Origin: a virus
IMG/VR virus record: IMGVR_UViG_3300047476_000521
Coordinates: 32,001 to 96,000 of that record
Strand: one strand, 5' to 3'
Length of the DNA stretch: 64,000 nucleotides
Under the pieces are notes generated by a model, which saw nothing but the letters and a program-made list of their open reading frames with translations, was not told the origin of the DNA and ran no database searches. Numbering within the stretch: position 1 is the stretch's first letter; every line of letters begins with the position of its first letter. A program made the translations under genes and the position numbers. Shown piece after piece: positions 57,079-64,000 of this stretch.

Positions 57079-57600
57079 ATGTCAGCGATAGATAATACGC
57101 CTTCTAATAGAAATTTTCTTTCACCTTTAAACTTCAAATTTCAATTGAAGCGTTCGCCCCATGTTAACTTTTTTATTCAAAAAGTAAATATTCCTCCCAT
57201 GGAATTACCACCAATAGCTTCACCAAACCCTTTCGTGAACATCCCATATTCTGGTGAACATATCAGTTATGGAAACCTTTCCATAACTTTTAAAGTAGAT
57301 GAAGATCTTCAGAATTACCTCGAGATTCATAACTGGGTAAAAGCTTTAGGTAAGCCAAAGGATTTCGAAGAGTATAGAAATATTTCTTCTAAGCAAGAAT
57401 ATACAGGCGAAGGGCTGAAATCTGATATATCTTTAATGGTTTTATCCAGCACTAAATCTGCAAACTATGATATAACTTTTGCAGATGCTTTTCCTATTTC
57501 TCTTTCGGGTATTGTTTTTAATACTACAGATGAAAATGTCATATATACAGAAGCTTCGGCCGAGTTTAAATATACTTACTATGACATAATAAAAGTTTGA
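57079..57600 (+). CDS. gp3: Tail tube terminator/completion protein gp3
   Basis: N.NFLSP..F.F...R.P.V.FF.Q..NIP; F.VDEDL.NY.EI.NW; F.DAFP.SLS. Confidence 0.9.
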   Translation: MSAIDNTPSNRNFLSPLNFKFQLKRSPHVNFFIQKVNIPPMELPPIASPNPFVNIPYSGEHISYGNLSITFKVDEDLQNYLEIHNWVKALGKPKDFEEYRNISSKQEYTGEGLKSDISLMVLSSTKSANYDITFADAFPISLSGIVFNTTDENVIYTEASAEFKYTYYDIIKV

Positions 57601-57625
57601 CAATTTTCTAGAAATATAGTAATAT
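57597..57625 (+). promoter_or_regulatory. sigma70-type (early/middle) promoter for uvsY-uvsW
   Basis: TTGACA-17 bp-TAATAT, ending 30 nt upstream of the uvsY ATG. Confidence 0.7.
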
Positions 57626-57655
57626 AAAATATTAGATGAAAACTGTGAGAGAGTT

Positions 57656-58090
57656 ATGACTATTGATGAAATCTTAGAAAATTGGCAAGTTGATGCAAAG
57701 ATCGATAATACTGAACTGGGTCAAGAAGCCCTCAATATACCGAAGCTACATCATAAATATTATAAAATTTTTGTCAAGGAAAAACTGATTCTCAGAAAAC
57801 AAGAGACAGAATTAAAGCGTCTAAAGCTTGACAAATTTGAATTTTTCACACAAGGCCCAAACGAAGAGACAAAAGATAAAGGTTGGAAGCTTCCTCCAAA
57901 AGGTATGATCCTAAAGGGAGATATACCAATGTATATGGATGCTGATGAAGACATTATTAATTTGTCTCTTAAAATTGGTTATCAACAAGAAAAGATAGAA
58001 CTTCTAGAATCAATCATTAAGACTATTGTTAATAGAAGTTTTCATATTGGTAATGCTATTGATTGGCAAAAGTTCACCATGGGAGCATAA
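57656..58090 (+). CDS. uvsY: Recombination mediator UvsY
   Basis: W..D.KID...L..EAL.IP.LH.KY; Y.DAD; R.F.I.NAI.W.KF..G. Confidence 0.92.
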   Translation: MTIDEILENWQVDAKIDNTELGQEALNIPKLHHKYYKIFVKEKLILRKQETELKRLKLDKFEFFTQGPNEETKDKGWKLPPKGMILKGDIPMYMDADEDIINLSLKIGYQQEKIELLESIIKTIVNRSFHIGNAIDWQKFTMGA

Positions 58091-59544
58091 TGGATACTGT
58101 TCAAGTAGAAAAATACGACGAGGTTTACATAAAGATAAAAGCTGAACCCTCGATCATGATGGAATTGAGTGAATATTTTACATTCGAAGTTCCTGGTGCT
58201 AAGTTCATGCCTGCTTATCGTTCTAAGTTTTGGGACGGTAAGATTAGGCTTTTGAATGTAATGACTGGTTTGCTATATGCTGGTCTTACAAAATACATTG
58301 AAGAGTTCTGTAAGTCTAGAGAATACGAACTAGAATATACATCAGACTTCTCTTCTGAAAATTTTTCTGTGAAAGAAGCAAAAGATTTCATAGAAAAACT
58401 AAAGCCAACCATGCAGCCAAGAGATTATCAGATTGATGCTTTCGTTCACGCTGTAAGAGAACGTAGAGCTCTACTTCTTTCTCCAACTGCTTCTGGTAAG
58501 TCGTTTATTATTTATTTACTTGTGAGGTATTATGCAAAAAGAACTCTCATCATTGTACCAACTACTTCTCTTGTTAGCCAGCTTTCCAGTGATTTTGCTG
58601 ACTATGGTTTCGACTCCGATACTTTTGTTCATCGTGTGTTCGCTGGACAGGACAAGGGAACAACAAAACCTATCACCATCACAACTTGGCAAAGCGTATA
58701 CAAGTTACCTAAAGAATTCTTTGATTCATTTGATGTTGTCATCGGAGACGAAGCTCATCTCTTCAAAGCAAAATCTCTTACTTCTATACTTACTAAATTA
58801 TCCGGAACACGCTACCGTTTTGGATTTACCGGAACATTGGATGGTTCTGAAACCCACCGCCTCGTTCTTGAAGGGCTCTTTGGAGCAGTCAGAAGAGTAA
58901 CTACTACTGCTGAGTTGATAGAGCAGAAGCATCTAGCTGACTTTAAGATCAAAGCTATTGTTCTTTCTTATCCAGATGAAGTAAGAAAGATGATAGCCAA
59001 GGCCAATGATTATCAGGCAGAGATGGATTACCTGGTTAGATTAGAAGCAAGAAATAAATTCATTCGTAATCTAACTCTTTCATTAGAAGGTAACACTCTA
59101 TTACTTTTTCAATACGTAGAAAAACATGGTAAAGCATTATTCAACGATCTTACTAAAGAAGCTGGAAAGAATCGTAACGTATTTTTCGTCTCAGGCGAAG
59201 TTAGTGGCGACGATCGCGAAGGAATTCGTAAAATTGTCGAAGAAGAGAGCAATGCTATTATCGTTGCAAGTTTTGGTACTTTTTCCACTGGTGTTAATAT
59301 ACGAAACCTTCACAATATTATATTTGCCTCGCCTTCGAAGTCTCGTATCCGCAATCTTCAATCGATCGGAAGAGGACTAAGAAAATCTGAGTCTAAGACA
59401 AGTTCAACTCTATATGATATAGCTGATGATATGTCTTGGAAGAATAAGAAGAACTATACGTTACTACACTTTATGGAAAGAATTAAAACATATAACGAAG
59501 AGAAGTTTGAATACAAGATCTATAAAGTAGGAATAGATATTTAA
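58090..59544 (+). CDS. uvsW: SF2 DNA helicase UvsW
   Basis: PRDYQ, SPTASGKS, DEAH, TGT, STGVNI, QSIGRGLR; ATG 58090 overlaps the uvsY stop. Confidence 0.96.
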   Translation: MDTVQVEKYDEVYIKIKAEPSIMMELSEYFTFEVPGAKFMPAYRSKFWDGKIRLLNVMTGLLYAGLTKYIEEFCKSREYELEYTSDFSSENFSVKEAKDFIEKLKPTMQPRDYQIDAFVHAVRERRALLLSPTASGKSFIIYLLVRYYAKRTLIIVPTTSLVSQLSSDFADYGFDSDTFVHRVFAGQDKGTTKPITITTWQSVYKLPKEFFDSFDVVIGDEAHLFKAKSLTSILTKLSGTRYRFGFTGTLDGSETHRLVLEGLFGAVRRVTTTAELIEQKHLADFKIKAIVLSYPDEVRKMIAKANDYQAEMDYLVRLEARNKFIRNLTLSLEGNTLLLFQYVEKHGKALFNDLTKEAGKNRNVFFVSGEVSGDDREGIRKIVEEESNAIIVASFGTFSTGVNIRNLHNIIFASPSKSRIRNLQSIGRGLRKSESKTSSTLYDIADDMSWKNKKNYTLLHFMERIKTYNEEKFEYKIYKVGIDI

Positions 59545-59564
59545 CTTCAACTGGTGCACTAGTG

Positions 59565-59592
59565 ATTATACTCGTGCTTGTCAAAAAGTCAA
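59565..59592 (-). promoter_or_regulatory. Antisense sigma70-type promoter between uvsW and gp55
   Basis: Minus strand reads TTGACT-16 bp-TATAAT; points into the uvsW 3' end. Confidence 0.6.
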
Positions 59593-59602
59593 GGAATATA
59601 TT

Positions 59603-60157
59603 ATGGAAGTAAAAAAGTCTAAGAGAAAAACAAATTACATCAACAACAAGACTCTCTACGGAGCGATGATTCATTATAAAAATGATTTACAACATGCGTT
59701 AGAACACGATGCTGATAAACCACAAGTCCCGAGGTATATCGGCGAATCTATTCTTTTAATTTGTAACAACCTAGCCAAGAAACCAAATTTCTCAGGTTAC
59801 ACTTATAAACAGGATATGATTAGTGATGGTATTATGGACTGTATATCCGCAGTAGATAATTTCGATCCAGATAAAACAAATAATCCTTTTGCTTATTTTA
59901 CACAGATTGCTTGGAATGCTTTTCTTAGAAGAATCCAGAAAGAAAAGAAACAGACATACATTAAACACAAAAATTACATCAACTCTAATTTGATGGAAGA
60001 TATCGCTAGAGAAATGTATATTACTGGTAATAAAATCAACAACGAGTATTCAGATGAAATGGTTCGCAACTTTGAAGATAAGTTGACAAAAACCAAAAAA
60101 CCGAGTAAACTTACTGGAGTAGAAAAATTCTCAGAGGTAGAAAACGATGAAGAATGA
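59603..60157 (+). CDS. gp55: Late transcription sigma factor gp55
   Basis: Y.NNK.L; YIGE..L.I...LA.KPNF.GYTY..DMI.DG; NFDP.K..NPFAYFTQI...AF.RRI.KEKKQ. Confidence 0.96.
   Translation: MEVKKSKRKTNYINNKTLYGAMIHYKNDLQHALEHDADKPQVPRYIGESILLICNNLAKKPNFSGYTYKQDMISDGIMDCISAVDNFDPDKTNNPFAYFTQIAWNAFLRRIQKEKKQTYIKHKNYINSNLMEDIAREMYITGNKINNEYSDEMVRNFEDKLTKTKKPSKLTGVEKFSEVENDEE
60083..60111 (+). promoter_or_regulatory. sigma70-type promoter inside the gp55 3' end, for the gp47/gp46 operon
   Basis: TTGACA-17 bp-TAAACT, ending 35 nt upstream of the 60147 ATG. Confidence 0.7.
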
Positions 60158-60335
60158 ACATCTCGTTCCTGTCAATGTGCAGGATATAGCAAACAGATTG
60201 TATGATAAAAATCTTAGCGCCAATGAACGACTAGTGCTACTACAGCGTCTAGATGCTATTCGAGAGTATACTGAGGCGCAGTATAAGAAGCATAATTTCG
60301 TAGACTTTGGTCAGACGTATTCAGGTAGAAAATGA
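60147..60335 (+). CDS. Hypothetical protein
   Basis: 62 aa; GAGG SD; overlaps both gp55 and gp47. Confidence 0.65.
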   Translation: MKNEHLVPVNVQDIANRLYDKNLSANERLVLLQRLDAIREYTEAQYKKHNFVDFGQTYSGRK

Positions 60336-61402
60336 AAATTGCTCTAATTACTGATTCGCATGCAGGAGTCAGAAATGACTCTATGGCTTTTCACGATTAT
60401 ATGAAGAAATTTTATGATGATGTTTTCTACAAATATCTAGACGTTCATAATATTAAAACAATTGTACATTTGGGCGACATTGTAGATCGCCGTAAATATA
60501 TTAACACTTATACAGCTTTTCGTCTTAGGAAAGATCTGATTGAGCCTGCGCTCGAGCGTGGTATTAATTGGCACCAGATTATTGGTAACCATGACACGTA
60601 TCATAAGAACACTAACGAGGTTTCTTCTTTCACTGAACTTTTCGGTAGTTATATTAATTACACTACTCTAAATATCTATGATAAAGCAACCGAAGTAGTG
60701 TTCGATAATACCAAGATTTTATTCATTCCTTGGATTTGCGATGATAATAAAGAACACTCCTTCAAATTAATTAAGGAAACAGATGCACAAATTGCTTTCG
60801 GACATTTGGAAATTCAGGGATTCGAAATGTTCAAAGGTTCTATCGTTTCTCATGGAGATGATCCAAATGTGTTCGGACGTTTTGATCTTGTCTGCTCTGG
60901 GCATTTTCATCATCGCTCAAACCGTGGCAACATTCATTATCTTGGTTCTCCTGCAGAGTTTACTTGGTCTGATTACGATGATCCACGTGGCTTTCATATA
61001 TTTGACACGGAAACGAGAGATCTAAAGTTTATTGAAAATCCATATAAGATGTTTCATAAGTTTTGGTATAATGATGGCGATCCTAAGTTCGTAGATTCTG
61101 AGGTTGATTATAGTCAGTTTAAAAATAAAACAATCAAGATCATTATTACCGAAAAGAACAATCCTTATTGGTTTGAAAAATTCGTAGAGAATATAGAAAA
61201 ACAGAATCCTGTTGATATTCAAATTGTAGAAGATCATCTAAACCTAAACATGGAAGAAGATCAGGAAATTGTTGACGAAGCCGAATCTACAATTGAAATT
61301 TTTAAGAAGTATATTACGGGCGCTGAAGTAAAGGGCGTTGATAAAACTAGATTAGAAAGTAAGATTATAGAACTTTATAATGAGGCTCTTACAGTTGAGT
61401 GA
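60332..61402 (+). CDS. gp47: Recombination endonuclease subunit gp47 (Mre11/SbcD-like)
   Basis: Metallophosphoesterase motifs D.H.G, LGD..D, GNHD, GHLE, SGHFH. Confidence 0.96.
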   Translation: MKIALITDSHAGVRNDSMAFHDYMKKFYDDVFYKYLDVHNIKTIVHLGDIVDRRKYINTYTAFRLRKDLIEPALERGINWHQIIGNHDTYHKNTNEVSSFTELFGSYINYTTLNIYDKATEVVFDNTKILFIPWICDDNKEHSFKLIKETDAQIAFGHLEIQGFEMFKGSIVSHGDDPNVFGRFDLVCSGHFHHRSNRGNIHYLGSPAEFTWSDYDDPRGFHIFDTETRDLKFIENPYKMFHKFWYNDGDPKFVDSEVDYSQFKNKTIKIIITEKNNPYWFEKFVENIEKQNPVDIQIVEDHLNLNMEEDQEIVDEAESTIEIFKKYITGAEVKGVDKTRLESKIIELYNEALTVE

Positions 61403-61410
61403 TTTGACAT

Positions 61411-63117
61411 ATGATAATCTTTAAGAAATTAAGATGGAAAAATCTATTATCTACTGGTAATGTGTTTACCGAGATTGATTTATTTAATAAAGAAACTACG
61501 CTAATAGTCGGAACTAATGGCGCTGGTAAATCAACCATTTTAGACGCTTTATCTTTTGTTCTGTTTGGTAAACCTTTCCGTAAAATTACAAAACCACAAT
61601 TAATTAATTCTATTACTCAAAAAAACTGCGTAGTAGAAGTTGAATTTACTATTGGTATGAATAATTATAAGATTATTCGTGGTATGAAGCCGACTATATT
61701 TGAAGTTTATATGAATGATAAGCTTCTTAATCAGTCTGCAGAAATGAAAGATTACCAAGAAATTCTAGAAAAGCAGATTATCAAAGTAAATCAAAAGTCT
61801 TTTAATCAAGTAGTTGTTCTAGGCTCGGCTACATTCCAACCATTTATGCAGTTACCTGCTGGCCAGCGTAGAGAGATTATTGAAGACCTTTTAGATTTAC
61901 ATATATTCACTATAATGAACTCTCTATTAAAAGATAAAGTGTTAATTAATAGTGGGTCTATTACCGATTCGTTAAACAATAAAAAGTTAGTAGAATCAAA
62001 ATTAGAATTAACCAAACAGCATATGCAAGAGGTTAACGAAAACATTGCTAAAACCATTAAAGAAAAACAAAAATTAATAAACGAAACTGAGAATAAAGTA
62101 AAAGATCTTAACAAGAAATATTCTGATTTAGAAACTCAAATTGAAACTCTATGTTCTAAGACGGAAGATGAAGAAACTGTTTCTAAAAAGATCAACAAAA
62201 TCTCTAAACTAAGGCATCAGATTGAAGCTAAAGTTTCGTTGTTGAATAGCGATCTAGACTTTTTCAAAAACCATGAAAATTGCCCTACTTGTAAACAGCA
62301 TATCGCTGAAGACTTTAGGTTAAAAACTATAGAAGAAAAGAATATCCAAAAGAAAGAGATCGAAGATGGTCTTAATCTGTTGCTAGTGGAATATGAGACA
62401 ACTAATAATAGATTAAATCAAATTATGGAATTAATTAACGAAATTCGGTCATTAGAAATGAAGAAAATTGAATGTAAAACTACTATCAATTCTCTAACAA
62501 AATATTCTCGATCTTTAGAGGAAGAAATTGATAGCTTACAAAAACCAATTAAAACTGTATCCGAGGATAAGGTTGCAGATTTTCAATTAGAAATTAAACA
62601 GATTGAAGGCGAATATAATAAACTAATCGAGGAAAGAAACCTATTGACTGCTGCTGGGATATTGTTAAAGGACGGCGGTATTAAGTCTAAAATCGTCAAA
62701 CAATATATACCTGTTATTAACAAACTTATTAATAAGTATCTTTCTGCTATGGATTTCTTTGTTTCTTTTGAACTTGACGAGCAGTTTAACGAGACTATAA
62801 AGTCCAGATACAGAGACGACTTTACATATGCTTCTTTCTCGGAAGGCGAAAAACAAAAGATCGATCTAGCGTTATTGTTTACTTGGAGAGCAGTAGCTAA
62901 ATTGCGTAATTCGATTAATACAAATCTTCTTATAATGGATGAAGTATTTGACTCTTCTTTGGATATGAATGCTGTAGACTATCTAATGAATATTATCCGA
63001 GATATATCAAAAGATAGTAACATTATAATCATATCACATAAAGAACATCTCAACGAGAAGTTCAATAACGTCTTGAAATTCGTTAAGAATAAAAATTTCT
63101 CTCAGATCCAAGAATAA
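61411..63117 (+). CDS. gp46: Recombination ATPase subunit gp46 (Rad50/SbcC-like)
   Basis: G.NGAGKST, CPTC zinc hook, FSEGEK, MDEVFD, IISH. Confidence 0.96.
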   Translation: MIIFKKLRWKNLLSTGNVFTEIDLFNKETTLIVGTNGAGKSTILDALSFVLFGKPFRKITKPQLINSITQKNCVVEVEFTIGMNNYKIIRGMKPTIFEVYMNDKLLNQSAEMKDYQEILEKQIIKVNQKSFNQVVVLGSATFQPFMQLPAGQRREIIEDLLDLHIFTIMNSLLKDKVLINSGSITDSLNNKKLVESKLELTKQHMQEVNENIAKTIKEKQKLINETENKVKDLNKKYSDLETQIETLCSKTEDEETVSKKINKISKLRHQIEAKVSLLNSDLDFFKNHENCPTCKQHIAEDFRLKTIEEKNIQKKEIEDGLNLLLVEYETTNNRLNQIMELINEIRSLEMKKIECKTTINSLTKYSRSLEEEIDSLQKPIKTVSEDKVADFQLEIKQIEGEYNKLIEERNLLTAAGILLKDGGIKSKIVKQYIPVINKLINKYLSAMDFFVSFELDEQFNETIKSRYRDDFTYASFSEGEKQKIDLALLFTWRAVAKLRNSINTNLLIMDEVFDSSLDMNAVDYLMNIIRDISKDSNIIIISHKEHLNEKFNNVLKFVKNKNFSQIQE

Positions 63118-63147
63118 TATTGCTTTATTTACAATTGAGGTTATAAT

Positions 63148-63621
63148 ATGAATCTAGATGATAGATATTTACTCGAGAAATGCGAAGACTTTGATTTCAA
63201 AGATCCTCCGTTTGATCCCGTGCAGTTTGCTCAGACATTAGTAAAATATATGCACGAGAAAAACGGATTAGGATTGGCTGCTAATCAGGTCGGAGTTCCA
63301 TATCGCATATTCGCTATGCGTGGTTCTCCTGAAAATTTCGTTTGCTATAATCCTAAGATAGTTCAGATAAGCGATCAAACAGTAACTCTAGAGGAAGGTT
63401 GTCTTTCTTATCCTAATCTTTATGTTAAAATTAAAAGACCATCGATGATAAGAGTTAGATTCACCACTCCTAATGGAGATACAATCACGAAACAATTTAT
63501 TGGAATGACTGCTAGATGTTTTCAGCACGAGTATGATCATTTAGAAGGTAAAAGGTTTTATGACCAAGCTAATAAATTTCACAGAGATCAAGCCATAAGG
63601 AAGTGGAAGAAAAATGGGTAA
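63148..63621 (+). CDS. def: Peptide deformylase (phage-encoded)
   Basis: All three PDF motifs: GLGLAANQ, EGCLS, QHEYDHL. Confidence 0.95.
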   Translation: MNLDDRYLLEKCEDFDFKDPPFDPVQFAQTLVKYMHEKNGLGLAANQVGVPYRIFAMRGSPENFVCYNPKIVQISDQTVTLEEGCLSYPNLYVKIKRPSMIRVRFTTPNGDTITKQFIGMTARCFQHEYDHLEGKRFYDQANKFHRDQAIRKWKKNG

Positions 63622-63772
63622 ATGGTTCGATATAGCAGGATTGAACGAAAGATATTTTCATTTCGACAATCTAGTAGAGTTAATGCACAAGATTGAAGAT
63701 TTAGCATTATTTGCTATTTTGTGCTTTTTAGTTTATATTTGGGTTAAGTTGTTTCTCTATTGGGATAATTAA
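63614..63772 (+). CDS. Small putative membrane protein (52 aa, not in the ORF track)
   Basis: MGKWFDIAG...LALFAILCFLVYIWVKLFLYWDN; overlaps the def stop and the next ATG (TAATG); one hydrophobic segment. Confidence 0.55.
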   Translation: MGKWFDIAGLNERYFHFDNLVELMHKIEDLALFAILCFLVYIWVKLFLYWDN

Positions 63773-64000
63773 TGAACATCTTTTATATTTCTGATAATCC
63801 TGTTCAAGCTGCCGAGTGGATGGTAGATCGTCATGTCGTTAAGATGATCCTAGAATCTGCTCAGCTTCTTTCTACTGCACATCGTATTCTTGATGGTAGA
63901 GAGATTCAGTTAGAAGTTCAGGTTGAACAGGAAGACGGGAACGTTAAGACTCGTAAGAAGAAGTGGTGGTTACTAAATGATGCTCGCGAGCACATTATCT
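63772..64000 (+). CDS. Pyrimidine-dimer DNA glycosylase-like protein (truncated by the window end)
   Basis: Translated by hand: MNIFYISDNPVQAAEWMVDRHVVKMILESAQLLSTAHRILDG, matching the MNIF..D..P..AA....D.HVVKM..E.AQLLST.H family pattern. Confidence 0.75.
   Translation, partial: MNIFYISDNPVQAAEWMVDRHVVKMILESAQLLSTAHRILDGREIQLEVQVEQEDGNVKTRKKKWWLLNDAREHII

Noticed and set aside
63120-63147. TTGCTT-N16-TATAAT promoter-like sequence before def
   Set aside because: The -10 abuts the ATG, so the transcript would start inside def; it may serve downstream genes but cannot be supported.
1-64000. tRNA, rRNA, CRISPR arrays, introns/inteins in gp17, gp20, gp23, uvsW or gp46, and stop-codon reassignment
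   Set aside because: Intergenic gaps are too short, core genes are uninterrupted and of expected size, and TAA, TAG and TGA all end conserved genes at expected positions.

Overview
This 64 kb, AT-rich window is the virion-morphogenesis core of a large T4-like myovirus with a cyanophage/alphaproteobacterial-phage-type gene order. A short minus-strand block (gp51, gp26, gp54, gp2, gp4) diverges from a long plus-strand block. That block runs: baseplate (gp48, gp53, gp27-like hub, gp5 in three pieces, PAAR, gp25, gp6, gp7, gp8, a split VrlC/DUF4815-like protein); about 20 kb of fibre and adhesin genes; neck, terminase, tail and head genes (gp13 to gp23, gp3), with a freestanding GIY-YIG endonuclease between gp13 and gp14; then uvsY, uvsW, the gp55 late sigma factor, gp47/gp46, a peptide deformylase and a truncated pyrimidine-dimer-glycosylase-like gene. 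T4-type late promoters (TATAAATA and variants) occur throughout. The most unusual signals are five. (1) Outward-facing virion proteins are strongly enriched for Asn in (A/S/G/V)-N-(T/S) and N-x-(S/T) contexts, and enzymes are not; this is a candidate virion Asn-glycosylation signature. (2) Fibre genes carry matching C-terminal and N-terminal motifs suggesting a head-to-tail docking code. (3) Small hairpins or palindromes sit over the ribosome-binding regions of those fibre genes. (4) The gp5 spike is genetically tripartite with no lysozyme. (5) A near-consensus antisense sigma70 promoter lies just upstream of gp55. All calls come from motif recognition and synteny; no database search was run and counts are by hand.
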